NCBI GenBank assembly: GCA_030265395.1
Contig: JARFYF010000051.1
Location: 35,250,079 to 35,312,695 of the forward strand
Direction: 5' to 3'
DNA length: 62,617 bases
DNA from: Rhina ancylostomus
Taxonomy: Eukaryota
The first letter of the stretch is position 1; every line of letters starts with the position of its first letter. Of the stretch, positions 36,875 through 49,406 are shown piece after piece. The position numbers and the translations under genes are program-made. The notes beneath the pieces are model-generated. The model was given only the letters and a program-made list of their open reading frames with translations, did not search any database and was not told the DNA's origin.

Positions 36875-37115
36875 TTTAAGCAAATGCAAAGTACCTCAAA
36901 ACCAATGCAGAACTTTGATAGGTAGTCACTTTTGTAGTCAGTATGTGCACAGCAATGGTTAATTGATTTGTGGTAGAATCAATATAATGATGGCCAAGAG
37001 CAGGAATAATTCCCTTCTCTTCTTTGACATGGACCCTTCACCCTACCCTTGAACTTGGGCTTAATGCAAAAAAAAGCACCACTGACAGAACTTCATTTCC
37101 TCTGTACCATGCTGA
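36875..37115 (-). mobile_element. Very old Deu-domain SINE fragment
   Basis: gtagtcacttttgtag...gtgcacagcaa...ggccaagagcaggaataattcccttctcttc...gcaccactgacag. Confidence 0.45.
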
Positions 37116-37994
37116 AAACAGTTGATAAAGTTCATTTCACTAAATATGGCAAAGTAGTAAATTCATTAAAATCTCCTTAATTAAAGCATCTGATAACTCT
37201 CCTCAATAAATTCCATCCTGTTGTGTTATTTGCTTTGCTTGATTAAAACGGAAGGAAAATTCAGTTTGCTTAACGTACAAAATTAGTGGGAATAGATGAC
37301 GCATTTTATTTTGAGGACACATTTTATTTTTTGTGTTCAATTAGCTACTTTACATAAAAATTTAAGATGATAATCTCCATGGAGGTGTACTTAATCCCCT
37401 GAATTAACAAAGCCACTGTTTCAGTGTTGCAGTTATCTTTTCCGTGGGGGGAGGCTTGTACATTACTACCACATTTTAGAGCGAGAGAAAATGGCCTTTA
37501 ATCTCCAGTTTGATTCTGAATAGGAATAGGCCAAAATAAGCTGTTAATATATTTTCTTCCTCCGGGGATCTGATTGTTTTTTTTAGCACGTTGGCAAGAA
37601 CTGTGAAATAGTTGGATAGATATTAAATAAACATAACAGAGTGTGCTATCTCCCAATGACACTAACGTGGTGGCAGACAGAGGGAACACAGACAAAACAA
37701 AAGATCAGGCAGATGAACGACTGACAACCAGACTCCAAACTTGTTAACAATTTAAGCCTCCATGAATGAAAGCAGAGCCCTACAGCTCCAGAAAAGAAGG
37801 TTAGAAGGTAATGAGCTCCTATAATAAAATCCAAGACGGAATCAGATTTAAATAAAGCAGTTTCCTCAGTGCAGAATGAACTCTTCACTGTTAAATGTTG
37901 GAAGAAGCAAAATTATTCACTCTTAATAAAAATAATTTCTTCCTCTTGCCTCCCCTTTATACAATGTTGTTTATTTGCTGTGTTACAGTTTAAC

Positions 37995-38290
37995 AGATTG
38001 GGACACAGACCATTCTGCCTATCAGGTTCATGCTGGCTCCAAGCGGAGCAAACCCAACAGTCCCATTCTCCTGCTCCTTTAGTCCCTGTATCTTACTCCC
38101 TCTCACGCGCCCATCAACTCTCCTGCGTCTTCTGCCACCCACCTACACTAATGGGTAATTTAATTTACAACTAATTAACCAGTCAACATGGTTTTGGGAT
38201 GTGGGAGGAAACCAGAACAGCCGAAGAAAACCCATGCGGTGACAGGGAGTATGTGCAAACTGCACACGGATAGAACCCAAGGTCAGGACT
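37995..38290 (-). mobile_element. HE1/V-SINE-type SINE, tail type B
   Basis: gggatgtgggaggaaaccagaac...gtgcaaactgcacacgga; catgctggctc tail. Confidence 0.85.
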
Positions 38291-38546
38291 TTGGTGTCAT
38301 GAGGCTATGAGGACTATGAGGCCATGGTGTCAATTATGGCTGCTGACATCTTGCCCAAGTGGGGAGACAACAAGCAGGCCATTACCTGATTATCAGGGAG
38401 TAGTGATTCTGACTGATTCCCTCCTTCCATCCTTCCCCTCTCTAACTGAATAGACTTAGCTCCCATGCATTAAGATTGAATTTCAGTCTCTCTTAATCTG
38501 AACACCAGTTAAACTCACTGGCAGTTAATAGACTTCACCACTGGAG

Positions 38547-38666
38547 ACACAAGAGACGGCAGAGACTGGAATCTGGAGCAACAAACAATCTGCTGGAGGA
38601 ACTCGTCGAGTCAAACAGTGTAAGATGCAGCTCAACCCGTTGAGTTCCTCCAGCAGATTGTTGCTC
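38547..38666. mobile_element. Short palindromic Penelope-terminal-repeat unit
   Basis: aacaatctgctggaggaactc (38584-38604) is the exact reverse complement of gagttcctccagcagattgtt (38642-38662). Confidence 0.75.
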
Positions 38667-39489
38667 AGTACACTTCACTGTTCTTTCCTTAAATCTGGGA
38701 AGATGAGATGAGGGACCCAAAGCCCAAAGTCCACCATTTCACCCATAGTGAAAGAGCTGAGGTAAATCAGGAAACGATGAGTGGCTAAGACCGATAGCTT
38801 TAAAACAAAATGCTTAAGTAGAAAATATCATAATACTTTCATACACTACTAGTCTAGTCGAATGTCATATTGATCCCATTCTCATCAAATTGTGAGAAAA
38901 CTGAGTCAGGGACGAAATCTATCTCCAGGACCTTCATGTTGTTAGTATGCAGAAAACAAGCTGAAATGGGTGAAGAATGAGATGAATTGACCACAATACT
39001 CTTAACATCATTCAGACAAGTTATGACTTAAGTATTGGGATGTGGGATGAAACTGCATAATTTCTCTTATCCCTGTTCAAAAATGGGGAGAGTAGGATTA
39101 TTCTGGCCATAGAGTGAGGGGATCTGATTGTAACCACATCTTCTCCCACTGACTTGCCCACCACAGCAAGTTAATAAATTAATCCACAAAGGCTCATCTT
39201 ATACCACCATTTGGCTTCTGTCCACTTGAACATTAGCTTCAGACATTCCTGTTTCTCAGACACCAGGAATAGCAATGGCAGGATTCCCATATGGTGTAGA
39301 GATATCACTGGGAGGAACCCATTCTATGTGTAGCAGAGAAAGGATCCTGACCCAACATCTGAGGAAGTATAGTCCAGTCGAAAAGTCCAAAAGACATTAA
39401 GATTTAGGAAGAGAGCTGAAAGAAACAGCTTTAAAACATTATGCCAGTCCGCTATTGAACAGTTTATTTTCACTGGATGCTATACTTCA

Positions 39490-40008
39490 ATAGCTTTGTT
39501 CATGTCACTACACAGTAGGAAGGACGTGATTGAGCTACAGGGGGTGCAGAAAAGATTCACCAGGATGTTGCCCAGCTTGGAGGGCTTGAGTTATCAGGAA
39601 AGATCAGACAGGCTGGGTCTTTGTTCCCCTGGAGCAGAGGAGGCTGAGAAGTGTCGTGTGAGAGGTACGTAAAATTATGAGGGAAAGATAGGGTAGTTAG
39701 GCAGTGTCTGTTTCCCACAGGGTGTCTAAAACATGAGGACATAAGTTTTAAGGTGAGAGGGAAGAGATCCGAGAGATAAATTTTTCACACAAAGAGTAGT
39801 TGGAATCTGGAATGAGTTGCCAGAGGAGGTGGTGGAGGCAGGAATGGTTACAACATTTAAGAGGCATCTTGACAGGGTATAAAGGGATATAGAATTAATA
39901 CAGGCAAGTTGGATTAATATGGATAGGCACGATGGTTGGCATGGGCGCACGATGGTCAGATTGACACTGGGCCGAAGGGCCTATTTCTGTGCAGTACAGC
40001 TCTATAAC
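39490..40008 (+). mobile_element. CR1/HER1 LINE 3' end
   Basis: gtgcagaaaagattcaccaggatgttgcc (VQKRFTRMLP); tggaatgagttgccagaggaggtggtggaggca (WNELPEEVVEA); tail gggccgaagggcctatttctgtgcagtacagctcta. Confidence 0.9.
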
Positions 40009-40079
40009 AATGTAATATTGTTAACTATAAAAAAAAATTGCATTGTGCCCGTGACAATCAAATGATTAAGGTAAGCAGT

Positions 40080-40440
40080 CAAGACTCAGTGGGGACAATA
40101 TTGCCTCTGAGGTTTGTGGATACTTCATTGTAGTATTGAGACAGCACTGTACTGTTGGAGGTGCCATCTTCTGCCCTCTCAGATGGGTGCTGAGAAGGCC
40201 TCTTGACTTTCTTCAAAGAGGAGAGTCAGTACTGCTCAGGATCCACATCAACATCTGTCCCTGACTCAACATCACTAAGAAGAAATGATCTAGTCCGTAT
40301 AATGCTGCTGTTCACGGCAGCTTGCATTATACAAATTGGCTACCATATTTCCCATATCAGAAATGTGATTAGAAGTTTTTAATTATCAGTTGAACTGTTT
40401 GGCACAGTCCGAGGTAATAGAAGGGGTTAATGTAAGTTCT
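40080..40440 (+). mobile_element. Ancient Deu-domain SINE
   Basis: gcactgtactgttggaggtgccatctt...ctgccctctcagatgg...tcaacatcactaa...caaattggctaccatatttcc. Confidence 0.7.
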
Positions 40441-40531
40441 CCTTACAATAAATGTGCAAAATNNNNNNNNNNNNNNNNNNNNNNNNNNNNNNNNNNNNNN
40501 NNNNNNNNNNNNNNNNNNNNNNNNNNNNNNN

Positions 40532-40660
40532 CTTCGGGTGTAGGGTCTCAGACCCAAAATGTTAACGGTTTCTCTCTCCACGGATGCTGCCTGATCTGCG
40601 AAGTGATTCCAGCATTTTCTGTTTTTATTTCAGATCTTTGGCATCTGCAGGTTTTTTGAT
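40532..40660 (+). mobile_element. Penelope-associated terminal repeat
   Basis: gggtctcagaccc stem, aaaatgttaac, ctctctccacggatgctgcctgatctgcgaagtgattccagcattttctg; similar fragments near 11815, 21303, 25893, 41185 and 50070. Confidence 0.75.
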
Positions 40661-43488
40661 TTTAATTTCTTTTATATAAAATATTTATTTGGTACTTTTA
40701 TTGTCATTCAGATCTTTTCACAAAACATGGTGAACCCAGTGGTCTAATAGCTGTCTCAAAAGATTGTTTGTCATATAATTGTCATCCACTTTGATCAACG
40801 GGTGAAGCAAGAAAAAGTACATTGGTACACTTGGTTTCTGTTTATTGGGTCCTTTATCTGTTCTTCCTCTCTGAACTACCCTCATTTCCTGGAAAAAGAC
40901 AACGTGTCTTTCTCTCAGTCGAAACTCACATGAAACCCGAGTCCACATCCCCACCAGACAATGAGTCAGACAGAGAAAGGAATGAGTCAGACTGAAAGCA
41001 AATAAAACTGGTGCAGAGATTCTTGAAGACTATTAAAGAAGGTTTTATTGAACAAATTTACAGACCCAATAACTTTCAAGTATTTTTGGTTGACACTTTG
41101 GAATATGAAGATTCAGGCCCCAGTCTTTTCAGTGTTTGGGCAAGTGTTTTGTGTTTCATTATTAATTCAGTAATGCACTGATTATTGTGAAAGGTCCTGA
41201 CGTATTAACTCACTCGAGCTGCTGTCTGATTTGCTGAGTATGTTCAACATTCTCTGTTTCTATTTTAGATTTCCAGTATAAGTTTTTTTTTACTTTTTTG
41301 AGTTTAAAAAACCTCCTGTTTATCATGTGATACTGGACAGTCCCTTAAATATGTCCCATTTCTTTATTGGCTTTTGTAACTAGTTGCAAGGTTAGCTTAA
41401 AGCAAGACAGCTCAATCAAATGCTCTGCCTTGCTTTGTTCTGTTGACTACAGTCTGCTTCCCTTCTCCAGATGTGTTGGTAATGTCATACAGCTCCTCTC
41501 TTTTATCTCCCTGTGGATTTAAGTGACTTACCATGTAAGGTAATGTATTGCTTTGGCTGCAAATGTTTAGATGGTGATCATCTTTTGCTCATGATGGTTT
41601 CAGATGGCTCTCCTGCACCCTTTATCTGAAGTGGCTCAAAGTTCACATTTTCTCAAATACTCCTTGCTTTCTATAAGTCTGCAGTTTCCCAAACATTTCC
41701 ATGAACTTCTGCTCTTGTAAACCCACACAGATACATCCTGCACAACGTCAGCATTGAACAACACTGATATCAACCTTTCAAACTATTACAAGTGCACACT
41801 GACATTTTTTAACCAAAGCTTTCCCATCATGCCTTGCAGTTACAGTTTGCATCTTAACAACACAAAAATTACCAAAGTGAGATGAACATTGAACAATATA
41901 TTTGAAGATACCAAGCCCTACTTGCAAAAGCAACTATTTACAAGAATTATAGATGGTGCGTAGAACTCATTGTCACCTGAGAACCAACAGAAATGGACAC
42001 TAGTGATCATTACCAAGGAATAGTCTACGAAAGAATATGAAACTTAATCAGAAAATGCTGTCAATAACCAAAGTAGTTGTATATTTAAAAAAAATGAACT
42101 GAGTGCAAGCACTTCAGCCAGAATAAGAGATGCCTATGCCATTTTATTACCAACACAACATGGAAGGCAGGGAAGGAAAGACCAGTAATGAAGGCCGTGA
42201 GATTGGTGGACTAATTGTTATCTCCAAGGGACTTAGAACTCCTCTGTGTTTCAAGGTTAGCTTCCAACCAGACTGTACACCAAGCTTGCTCTGAGAGTAT
42301 CACAATCTAATAAACCTACTCTGTAAGAACAATGCTTTTTTAAAAAAGTGCTTTTCAACTCTTCAATTTACTGCATTGGATGGAATAAAAAGAGAAAAAA
42401 TTGTAGTTGGATGAGATTGTCTAATCCTTCACATGCTGATATAAGACTGGCACTAAGGCTTTGTCAGCCCTGGAGATTTCAAGTCACAGGACACCATAGC
42501 AACATATTCCATCCCATTGAATACCTCAGGGAAGAGAGTTGGAACATAAGAGGCTTCTTATTCTTTTATCACTTGCACTGTAGAGCAGCAGCAACATTTC
42601 CGAGAGTGGCCCTGACATAAACTTGGTCCAAATTACCAGCATCCCTGAATCCCTGAGCTTATTTTCTGCGTAAGTTCAAACATTGATACATCCACACATC
42701 ACGTCAACTCATCGTCACAAGTGTAATCACCCATCACTGCAATGTTTTTAACATTCCACCGTTCTAAGAGCAGTGTCTTTATTAATTTCAAAAGCAGCAG
42801 CAGATTATTTAAACCATATGAAGATGTATTCTTCTGCATATATCCTTGAGAAATTCTGGCCAAAGACCAAGGAATGCTGTCTTTGAAGAGAAACAAACTC
42901 TGCCTTTTTCGGTGAGGGTGTCTGGTNNNNNNNNNNNNNNNNNNNNNNNNNNNNNNNNNNNNNNNNNNNNNNNNNNNNNNNNNNNNNNNNNNNNNNNNNN
43001 NNNNNNNNNNNNNNNNNNNTACATGCATTCCATCAATTGCTGCTTGCTCTGGAGCAACTTCTGACTTTGTGGATTACTCTTGCAGTGTTTGTTTTCACTG
43101 GCAAGGGTTTAAAATGCAGTGCCCTCCAGAAAAGAGCAATTATGCTGAGTTGTTAACTGTCTAATGCAGCAGATAACACTTCTGGGAAGGATGCAAGGCA
43201 AAGAAATCTAAGGCAGTGGTGAATGTTGACATACATCCCAAACAGCTTCTGGGGAAGATCAGCATTCAGAGCACTGACATTTGGAATTTTTGATGTCAGA
43301 CATTTTCATCTTGTGAATATTGGAGGTGTGGGTACTCATTAGGAAACAAGTCTTCTGTGAGCTTCATTCTGAAGTGGATTCTTTTATTTTCCATTTCCTC
43401 CTTGTAATATAAGAATAGAAATATTCCCAGTGAATAGTTTATGTCACCAGTAAACTATCCAGAGTGAGTGATGCTGAGGCCAGGAGCC

Positions 43489-43496
43489 TGACGTCA
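43489..43496. promoter_or_regulatory. Full CRE (TGACGTCA) inside a 16-bp perfect palindrome
   Basis: agcctgacgtcaggct at 43485-43500; function unproven. Confidence 0.3.
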
Positions 43497-44603
43497 GGCT
43501 TCCGATTGCCTTTGTGACAACATAAGTTGGCAAAGTCAAGGATGGGGAGGAGGTGAGAAAACTTGCTCTAACAGGAGGACCACATAAAAGTTACTGTCTT
43601 CCTTGTGTGGTCAACAGGCTTCAGACACATGGCTCCTCCTTAATTGGCTAAGTCTTGGTTAATCAGAAATATCACAACTTGTGCTCTGGTACAGCAACTG
43701 TGTAGGTGTGCAGATCACTCAGACTTTAGTTTTGGAAAATGTAACCTACCTTAAACAGTTTGAGAATGGGCCAGGGAAGATGAGGCCACTTGCTACACAG
43801 GTGAGGAATGCCCAACTCTGACTGTGGCTCTGCCAATCAGGGTATGTCATGAATTTATATCCTAATTGATGCTTTGGTGGCATGGTATAATATCCATCCA
43901 TATGGCCTCATCAGAAGTTCTGGACATAAATAGCCATTGCAAGAAGAGCTTGTGTTGCTATCATTTCAGTGGCCATGCTTTTCTCAGGCCTGAGAACAAC
44001 ATGGCCACTCACACAGATGGGCCTTGATTGGAGACGAGGCTTACTTTGGTGTTGTTAAAGGAGGCTAACTTTATGTGGTCTACTTCCTAGGAGTCCAGTG
44101 TTAGAGCCCCATCCTCTGCTGTTGCTCCATTTCCTTCCACTGCCCCTCATCCAATGTTCCATCCTCTGATGCACCACATTCTTCTAACGCTGGTTCATTC
44201 TTCGATGCTCCACCCATGCACCAATCCACACCATGGCTCTGAAAGTGCCCATCCACTGATGCTGCTTCTACCTTTACCTTGTAGCTGCCTGCAGTTTCAT
44301 ACCCGATCCAGCCCAGTTCTCTCCCTCTACCACCCCCACTGGTTATTTGCAGCCTGCCTGTTCTATTCCACTAACTTGCAGTGTTGGGATAAAGGACTTT
44401 GTGTTCATTTCCACACATAAGGAGGCATGATTTAACATGTTTAAGGCCTCGGACATCATGTGAGGTAATGTTTAACTGCTGCGGCACATTGCATTAAATT
44501 GTCTCTGGTCCCCTTATAATGTCCCTTTTGTGTGTCTTATGACATGTGGAAGAATTACTTAGCTGCAGTGTACCTCTCAGTCGAAATGTTTTGTTCTTGC
44601 TGT

Positions 44604-44607
<4 letters not shown>

Positions 44608-44640
<33 letters not shown>
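44608..44640. repeat. (TG)16 microsatellite
   Basis: Directly visible. Confidence 0.97.
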
Positions 44641-44641
<1 letters not shown>

Positions 44642-44675
44642 CACGTTGTAATCCTTTTGCGCAGGAGTCATGAGG

Positions 44676-45028
44676 TGTGACCAGAAGGAGACCATTTGGC
44701 CCATTGGCTTCGTGCCAGATCCCAGGGGAGCAATCCTATTAGTCTCATTCACCCTCTCCTTGTTTCCCTCCACACCTCCAACTTATTCTCTCCCATGCAT
44801 ACCTGCCAACTCCCCCTTGATTCATTTTGCCATTTCCCTGCACCAACGGGTAATTTATAGTAGCCAATTAACCTATCAACCTTCACATCTTTGGAATGTG
44901 GGAAGAAACCCACGTGGTTACAGGGAGAATGTACAAACTCCGCATAGGCAGAACTTGAGGTCAGGATTGAATCCAGGTCCCTGGAGCTGTGAGGCAGCAG
45001 CACTAACTGCTACACCGCTGTGCTGCCC
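44676..45028 (-). mobile_element. Full-length HE1/V-SINE-type SINE, tail type B
   Basis: ggattgaatcc (B-box, reverse complement), gagctgtgaggcagcagcactaactgctacaccgctgtgctgccc head, cagaaggagaccatttggcccat tail. Confidence 0.9.
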
Positions 45029-45341
45029 ATCAGATAAACCATGAATATTTGAATACATAGATATATGACTCAATCATTCATGAAGATATTAGATAAGGCT
45101 TAGGAATTGGAACAAAGAAACTAACAGAAGCTGCATGGAACCATGCAGATTGATATGCATAGTAATAATCAAATGCCATCATTAGCAGTAAGCTATCGCT
45201 TTACTCCAAATATTCCAAAAATTGAGTAGCAATCCAAATAAACGTTAATCTTAAAATTAAGCAAATTGTTCTATGTTAAATTAAACCTATGTGACCCTGA
45301 AGTTATACACGTACCAGTCACCCGCCCATGACTCCAACTGT

Positions 45342-45357
45342 TGTCAGCAGATGGCGA
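45342..45357 (+). promoter_or_regulatory. Candidate CTCF site
   Basis: tgtcagcagatggcga vs core CCASYAGRKGGCR (one mismatch) in a unique, CpG-retaining patch. Confidence 0.4.
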
Positions 45358-46399
45358 GAAGTTTACAATATATACAAAATGTTTGCAGAACTGGGAGGGA
45401 GACTTTATAAACTCAGTTCACGGAACCATTTAAAGCGAGCTTGCCACTACATTGTCAACGCTGACCGAGAAAGATTGAGTGGGAACTGTGAATGGAAAAT
45501 GTGATCAAAAATCACAATGGACAATAAACCTCATGGATAGGAAGTGTACACCATCTGCAAGATAATTTTAAACAGTATATGGATTATTCTAATTGCTTTC
45601 CACAGAGTGAATAATCAGGGAATATTAAATAGTAAATACTGCAAAGGCATACTTAAAGATACATTTGGTACAGTTTTATTTACTTAAACGTGCCAGGTGA
45701 TTTTTTTTGTGTCTTTTTTCTAAGTTGTATTGCAACAAATGCCAAGCAAATCAGTTGTTCTTCATTTCTACAGTGCGTGTTGATATTTAGCATTGTCCTT
45801 TATCTTTCTTGACACGTGTGCTCTTACCCACTAGTTGTTGAGAGCCAGCCATCTGATAGATTTCTGAACTGGCCATTACTTGAGTTTTAAAGGTCAAATA
45901 ATTAGTTTCAGTTCAACTTGCAGCTACCTGCTCATCAACTGAGGCTTAGTAAGATGTGTATAAACAGTAAGGGGAGAGATGACCTGCCTGCAGCGACTGA
46001 GACCGAATGAGTCACCCATTGCTCCTCAACATACACCAGATGGAACAACATGCAATCTCACAACTCAACAATTCAAGCATTTTAATGAAGAGCACAATTA
46101 CTGCTTATCTCACTCATTGTTCCAGACTGAGCCACTGCTGACTCTTGGGAGACATGAGATAACAAGAGCAATAATTACTGGTGGTGGCTACACTGTTCAT
46201 CGTGGATATTACCGCAGAAACACGAAAAACAATAATGAAATCAAAAGTATTTAACAAAGGCATTCAGATGATTGCACCCTGCAGCAGCTTGTTTGGCTTA
46301 TTTCTCACCAAATATCATTAGCAAACACAGATGTTTTTATCAAACTATTTTACATTTAATTTAATCCTATGTTATTGCAGCAGATGCTCCATGTACGTT

Positions 46400-46760
46400 G
46401 GGGTGACAGAGTGGCACAGCAGTTTGTGCTGTTGCTGTGCAGCTACAGTGACCAAGGTTCAGTCCTGACCTTGGATGCTGTCTGTGTGGAGTTTGCATGT
46501 TCTCCTTATAACAATGTTTCTTCCAGGTTCTCTGGTTTTTCTCCCACATGCCAGAAATGAGCTGATGGATAGTTATTTACTGTAAGTTACCCTTTAGTGT
46601 AGGTGAGTTGCAAAAGGATCAAAGGGGTGTTGTTGGGCACGTGAAAGAGAATAAGTTGCAGGTCTACAAGAAAATAAGAGAGGGAGAATGGGACTGTTGG
46701 GATAGCTCTATTGGGAACCAGCATGGACCCAATGTGCTGAATGAACTTTTGTGTCGGAAT
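46400..46760 (+). mobile_element. HE1/V-SINE-type SINE, tail type B
   Basis: gtggcacagcagtttgtgctgttgc head, ggttcagtcc, tctgtgtggagtttgcatgttctcc core. Confidence 0.9.
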
Positions 46761-46774
46761 AAGTTAAAGAGAGA

Positions 46775-46985
46775 AAAAGTGCTAGAGATCTGAAATGTAA
46801 ACCAAACATGCAGGAAACAGAAGACCAGGCCTCAACAGTAGAAGTTAAAGTAGATCTAATATTTCAGCTAGTTGACCTGTCTCATCAGAACACAGATCGT
46901 ATCGAGAAACATTAACTCTGCTTCTCTGTCCACAGATACTGCCCAACCTCCAGAGTGTAACTGTTGATTTTTATATTTCCAATCC
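46775..46985. mobile_element. Old palindromic Penelope-terminal-repeat unit
   Basis: Left arm agatctgaaatgtaaaccaaacatgcaggaaa...atttcag...tcatcagaac (minus-strand CTGATGA, 46888-46882); right arm gaaacattaactctgcttctctgtccacagatactgcc. Confidence 0.6.
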
Positions 46986-47606
46986 AGCCACTCTATAGCC
47001 TTTTAGAGCAGGATTGTGCTGGATTACATCCAGTTTGAAACTACAGACTATTAAATGGGGCTGTGGGTTAACTGGTGTAGAAAGTGCATGAGAAAAGTTT
47101 AAGCCACCTTCAGAGCTGCTGATCAAGGCAAGTTACTGAGGCCCGTGTGAAGTGGGCTTTACTCTGCTGCTATTCAATGTTACACTTGTGTCAGGAAGAC
47201 TTCCTTTCTAGCCTTGCTATGTACAAGTAAAATTAGTTTCCCATAACCAACTCATAACATTTCATGTGTTTTCTGTAAAAACTGGGTTGTGGTTGCTCAA
47301 CATGGATTATTTTTATTTTCTGTTTGTCTCTGTCTCTGTAATGCATGTTTGTTTGGATCTTCCTGTATATTGTGCGTTATTTTCTGTATTTACAGATAAG
47401 CTGTCTTCAGTGCATCTTTAATCCTTACAGTCCCACTTTTATCCTCTCTATCAGGTGTCTGTGCCACACCGTTTTACTACTTCAGGCCTTTTTGGAAGGT
47501 CAGTTCAACATAAACTGATAATTGCAAGATACACTGCAACAAATGGACTCAGAATATGAAGTCATTCTTACTATAATGCAATTGGTTTGACATTCAGCAT
47601 GTTCTA

Positions 47607-47904
47607 AGACAAGATAAGATAAGATATCTTTATATTAGTCACATGTACATCGAAACACACAGTGAAATACATCTTTTTGCGTAGTGTTCTGGGGGTAGCC
47701 CACAAGTGTCGCCACGCTTCCGGTGCCAACATAGCATGACCAAAACTTCCTAACCTGTACGTTTTTGGAATGTGGGAGGAAACCGGAGCACCCAGAGGAA
47801 ACCCACACAGACATGGGGAGAACGTACAAACTCTTTACAGACAGTGGCCGGATTTGAACCCAGGTCGCTGATGCTATTAAGCATTATGCTAACCGCTACA
47901 TTAC
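47607..47904 (-). mobile_element. Well-preserved V-SINE-type SINE with Rex1-like tail (type C) and possible 7-bp TSD
   Basis: Core ggaatgtgggaggaaaccggagcacccagaggaaacccac; terminal (aagat)n; tgttcta at 47600-47606 and 47905-47911. Confidence 0.88.
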
Positions 47905-48094
47905 TGTTCTAGTTACAGTTAGTCCAGCAGCAAGGTAAAACTAGGCATCAGCTCTTTATTAGAAACAGTGACTGCCTTTCAGAGGTAATGCTTGTATGTG
48001 AAGTTCTCCGAAGGATATTATAAGTCATTGCATAGTCATATGTTTTTGTACAATTTTATTAGTATCAAGCAATAATTAATGTCCTTTCAGTGAT

Positions 48095-48240
48095 TTAGAC
48101 AGTGGTAGAAGCGGATATGATAGCAATGTTTAAGAGGCATTTGGAAAGGCACATGAACAGAGAAGGAATGGAGGGATATGGACCTTATGCAGGCAGATGT
48201 GCAGTTTAAATTGGAATTGTGGTCAGCACAGACACCTCAG
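48095..48240 (+). mobile_element. CR1 3' tail fragment
   Basis: gtggtagaagcggatatgatagcaatgtttaagaggcatttgga...atggagggatatggacc. Confidence 0.8.
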
Positions 48241-48379
48241 TCTGTCACGTCAGAACTCTTAGAGCTGGAGTGGAGCAAATCACCTCAACCCTGAGGGACT
48301 ACCAGAGAGTAAAAGAGCAGTGATATGTTTATGGTAATATAGGAGAAGATAATATTGGAGAAGGAATCCTACCTCAGCT

Positions 48380-48615
48380 ACCAAACACTACGGACCACTT
48401 CTTGCACTACCATGGACTTATCTCTGATCATTTTTTTTTCGCACTAATGTCTTGTTTTGCACGGTTCTTTTTCACTATCTTGTATAATTTACGTATTACT
48501 TAAGTTCTGCGTGTTGTCTGAATCTATGTGCCTCTGATGATGCTGCAAGCAAGCTTTTCATTGTGCCTGTACCTCACCATACTTGTGCATATAAGAATAA
48601 GCTTAACTTGACTTG
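48380..48615 (+). mobile_element. Probable Rex1/Babar-type 3' UTR
   Basis: tgctgcaagcaagcttttcattgtgcctgtacc...aataagcttaacttgacttga; organisation similar to 26110-26175. Confidence 0.45.
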
Positions 48616-49406
48616 ATTTATAGTTCGAATAGCCGTTGTCTGAATAAATCAAAAATCCAAATGGTCATACATTCAGGATTCCCTTCATGGACCATGAATT
48701 TCCAGAGGTCATCACTTAGTTTGCCATGCAATGATGAATCTTGCATTGTAAATGTATAATAAATGTTTTAAAATATTTTATAAGGTATATATTCATGTAT
48801 ACAGCAAATTTAAAAATTGCATCATGTAATCAAAAATACCACTGATAAGGACTGAGACAGCCTGGTATCTGAATAAATCCATACTTCAAATACTGCTTAG
48901 TCCCAAGGAGTTCAGATTGGAGATCCTTTATTGTCTTTGAACTGTTCATAAAATCCAGTTTTGTTCTTGATGCCATTGGAACTATTTGATTGGCTTGGTG
49001 CCTGGTAACTCTGGCAACTAGCTTAAGTATTCNNNNNNNNNNNNNNNNNNNNNNNNNNNNNNNNNNNNTTAATCCCAATAGTGCATGGTGAGTGATACAT
49101 TTTAAAGTGGTGAAAGAAGGAAGAACTTGTATGGTGCCTTACCTCAACTCTCAAGACATCTCTGAAGGATTTAGTTAATGGACCATAAACATTGATCTAA
49201 TTGCATAAGTAACATCATCAAGTTCAGTGTAGTTGTACGTAGGGAGTTAAGCAAGATGGTGAATAAGATTCCCAACTTAACTGAAGTTGCCTGAAACCTG
49301 TTGACTGCAACCTGTAAACTGGGCAAATCTTTTGAACAGAATGACAGAATATTAATGGAAATCATTAAAAGAAGTTAACATTACACAAAACTATTATTTC
49401 CACCTG

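Noticed and set aside
40930-40991. Possible 62-nt minus-strand exon (ttttatttgctttcag|...cat|gtgagt)
   Set aside because: Isolated, with an internally duplicated low-information sequence and no partner exons found on that strand.
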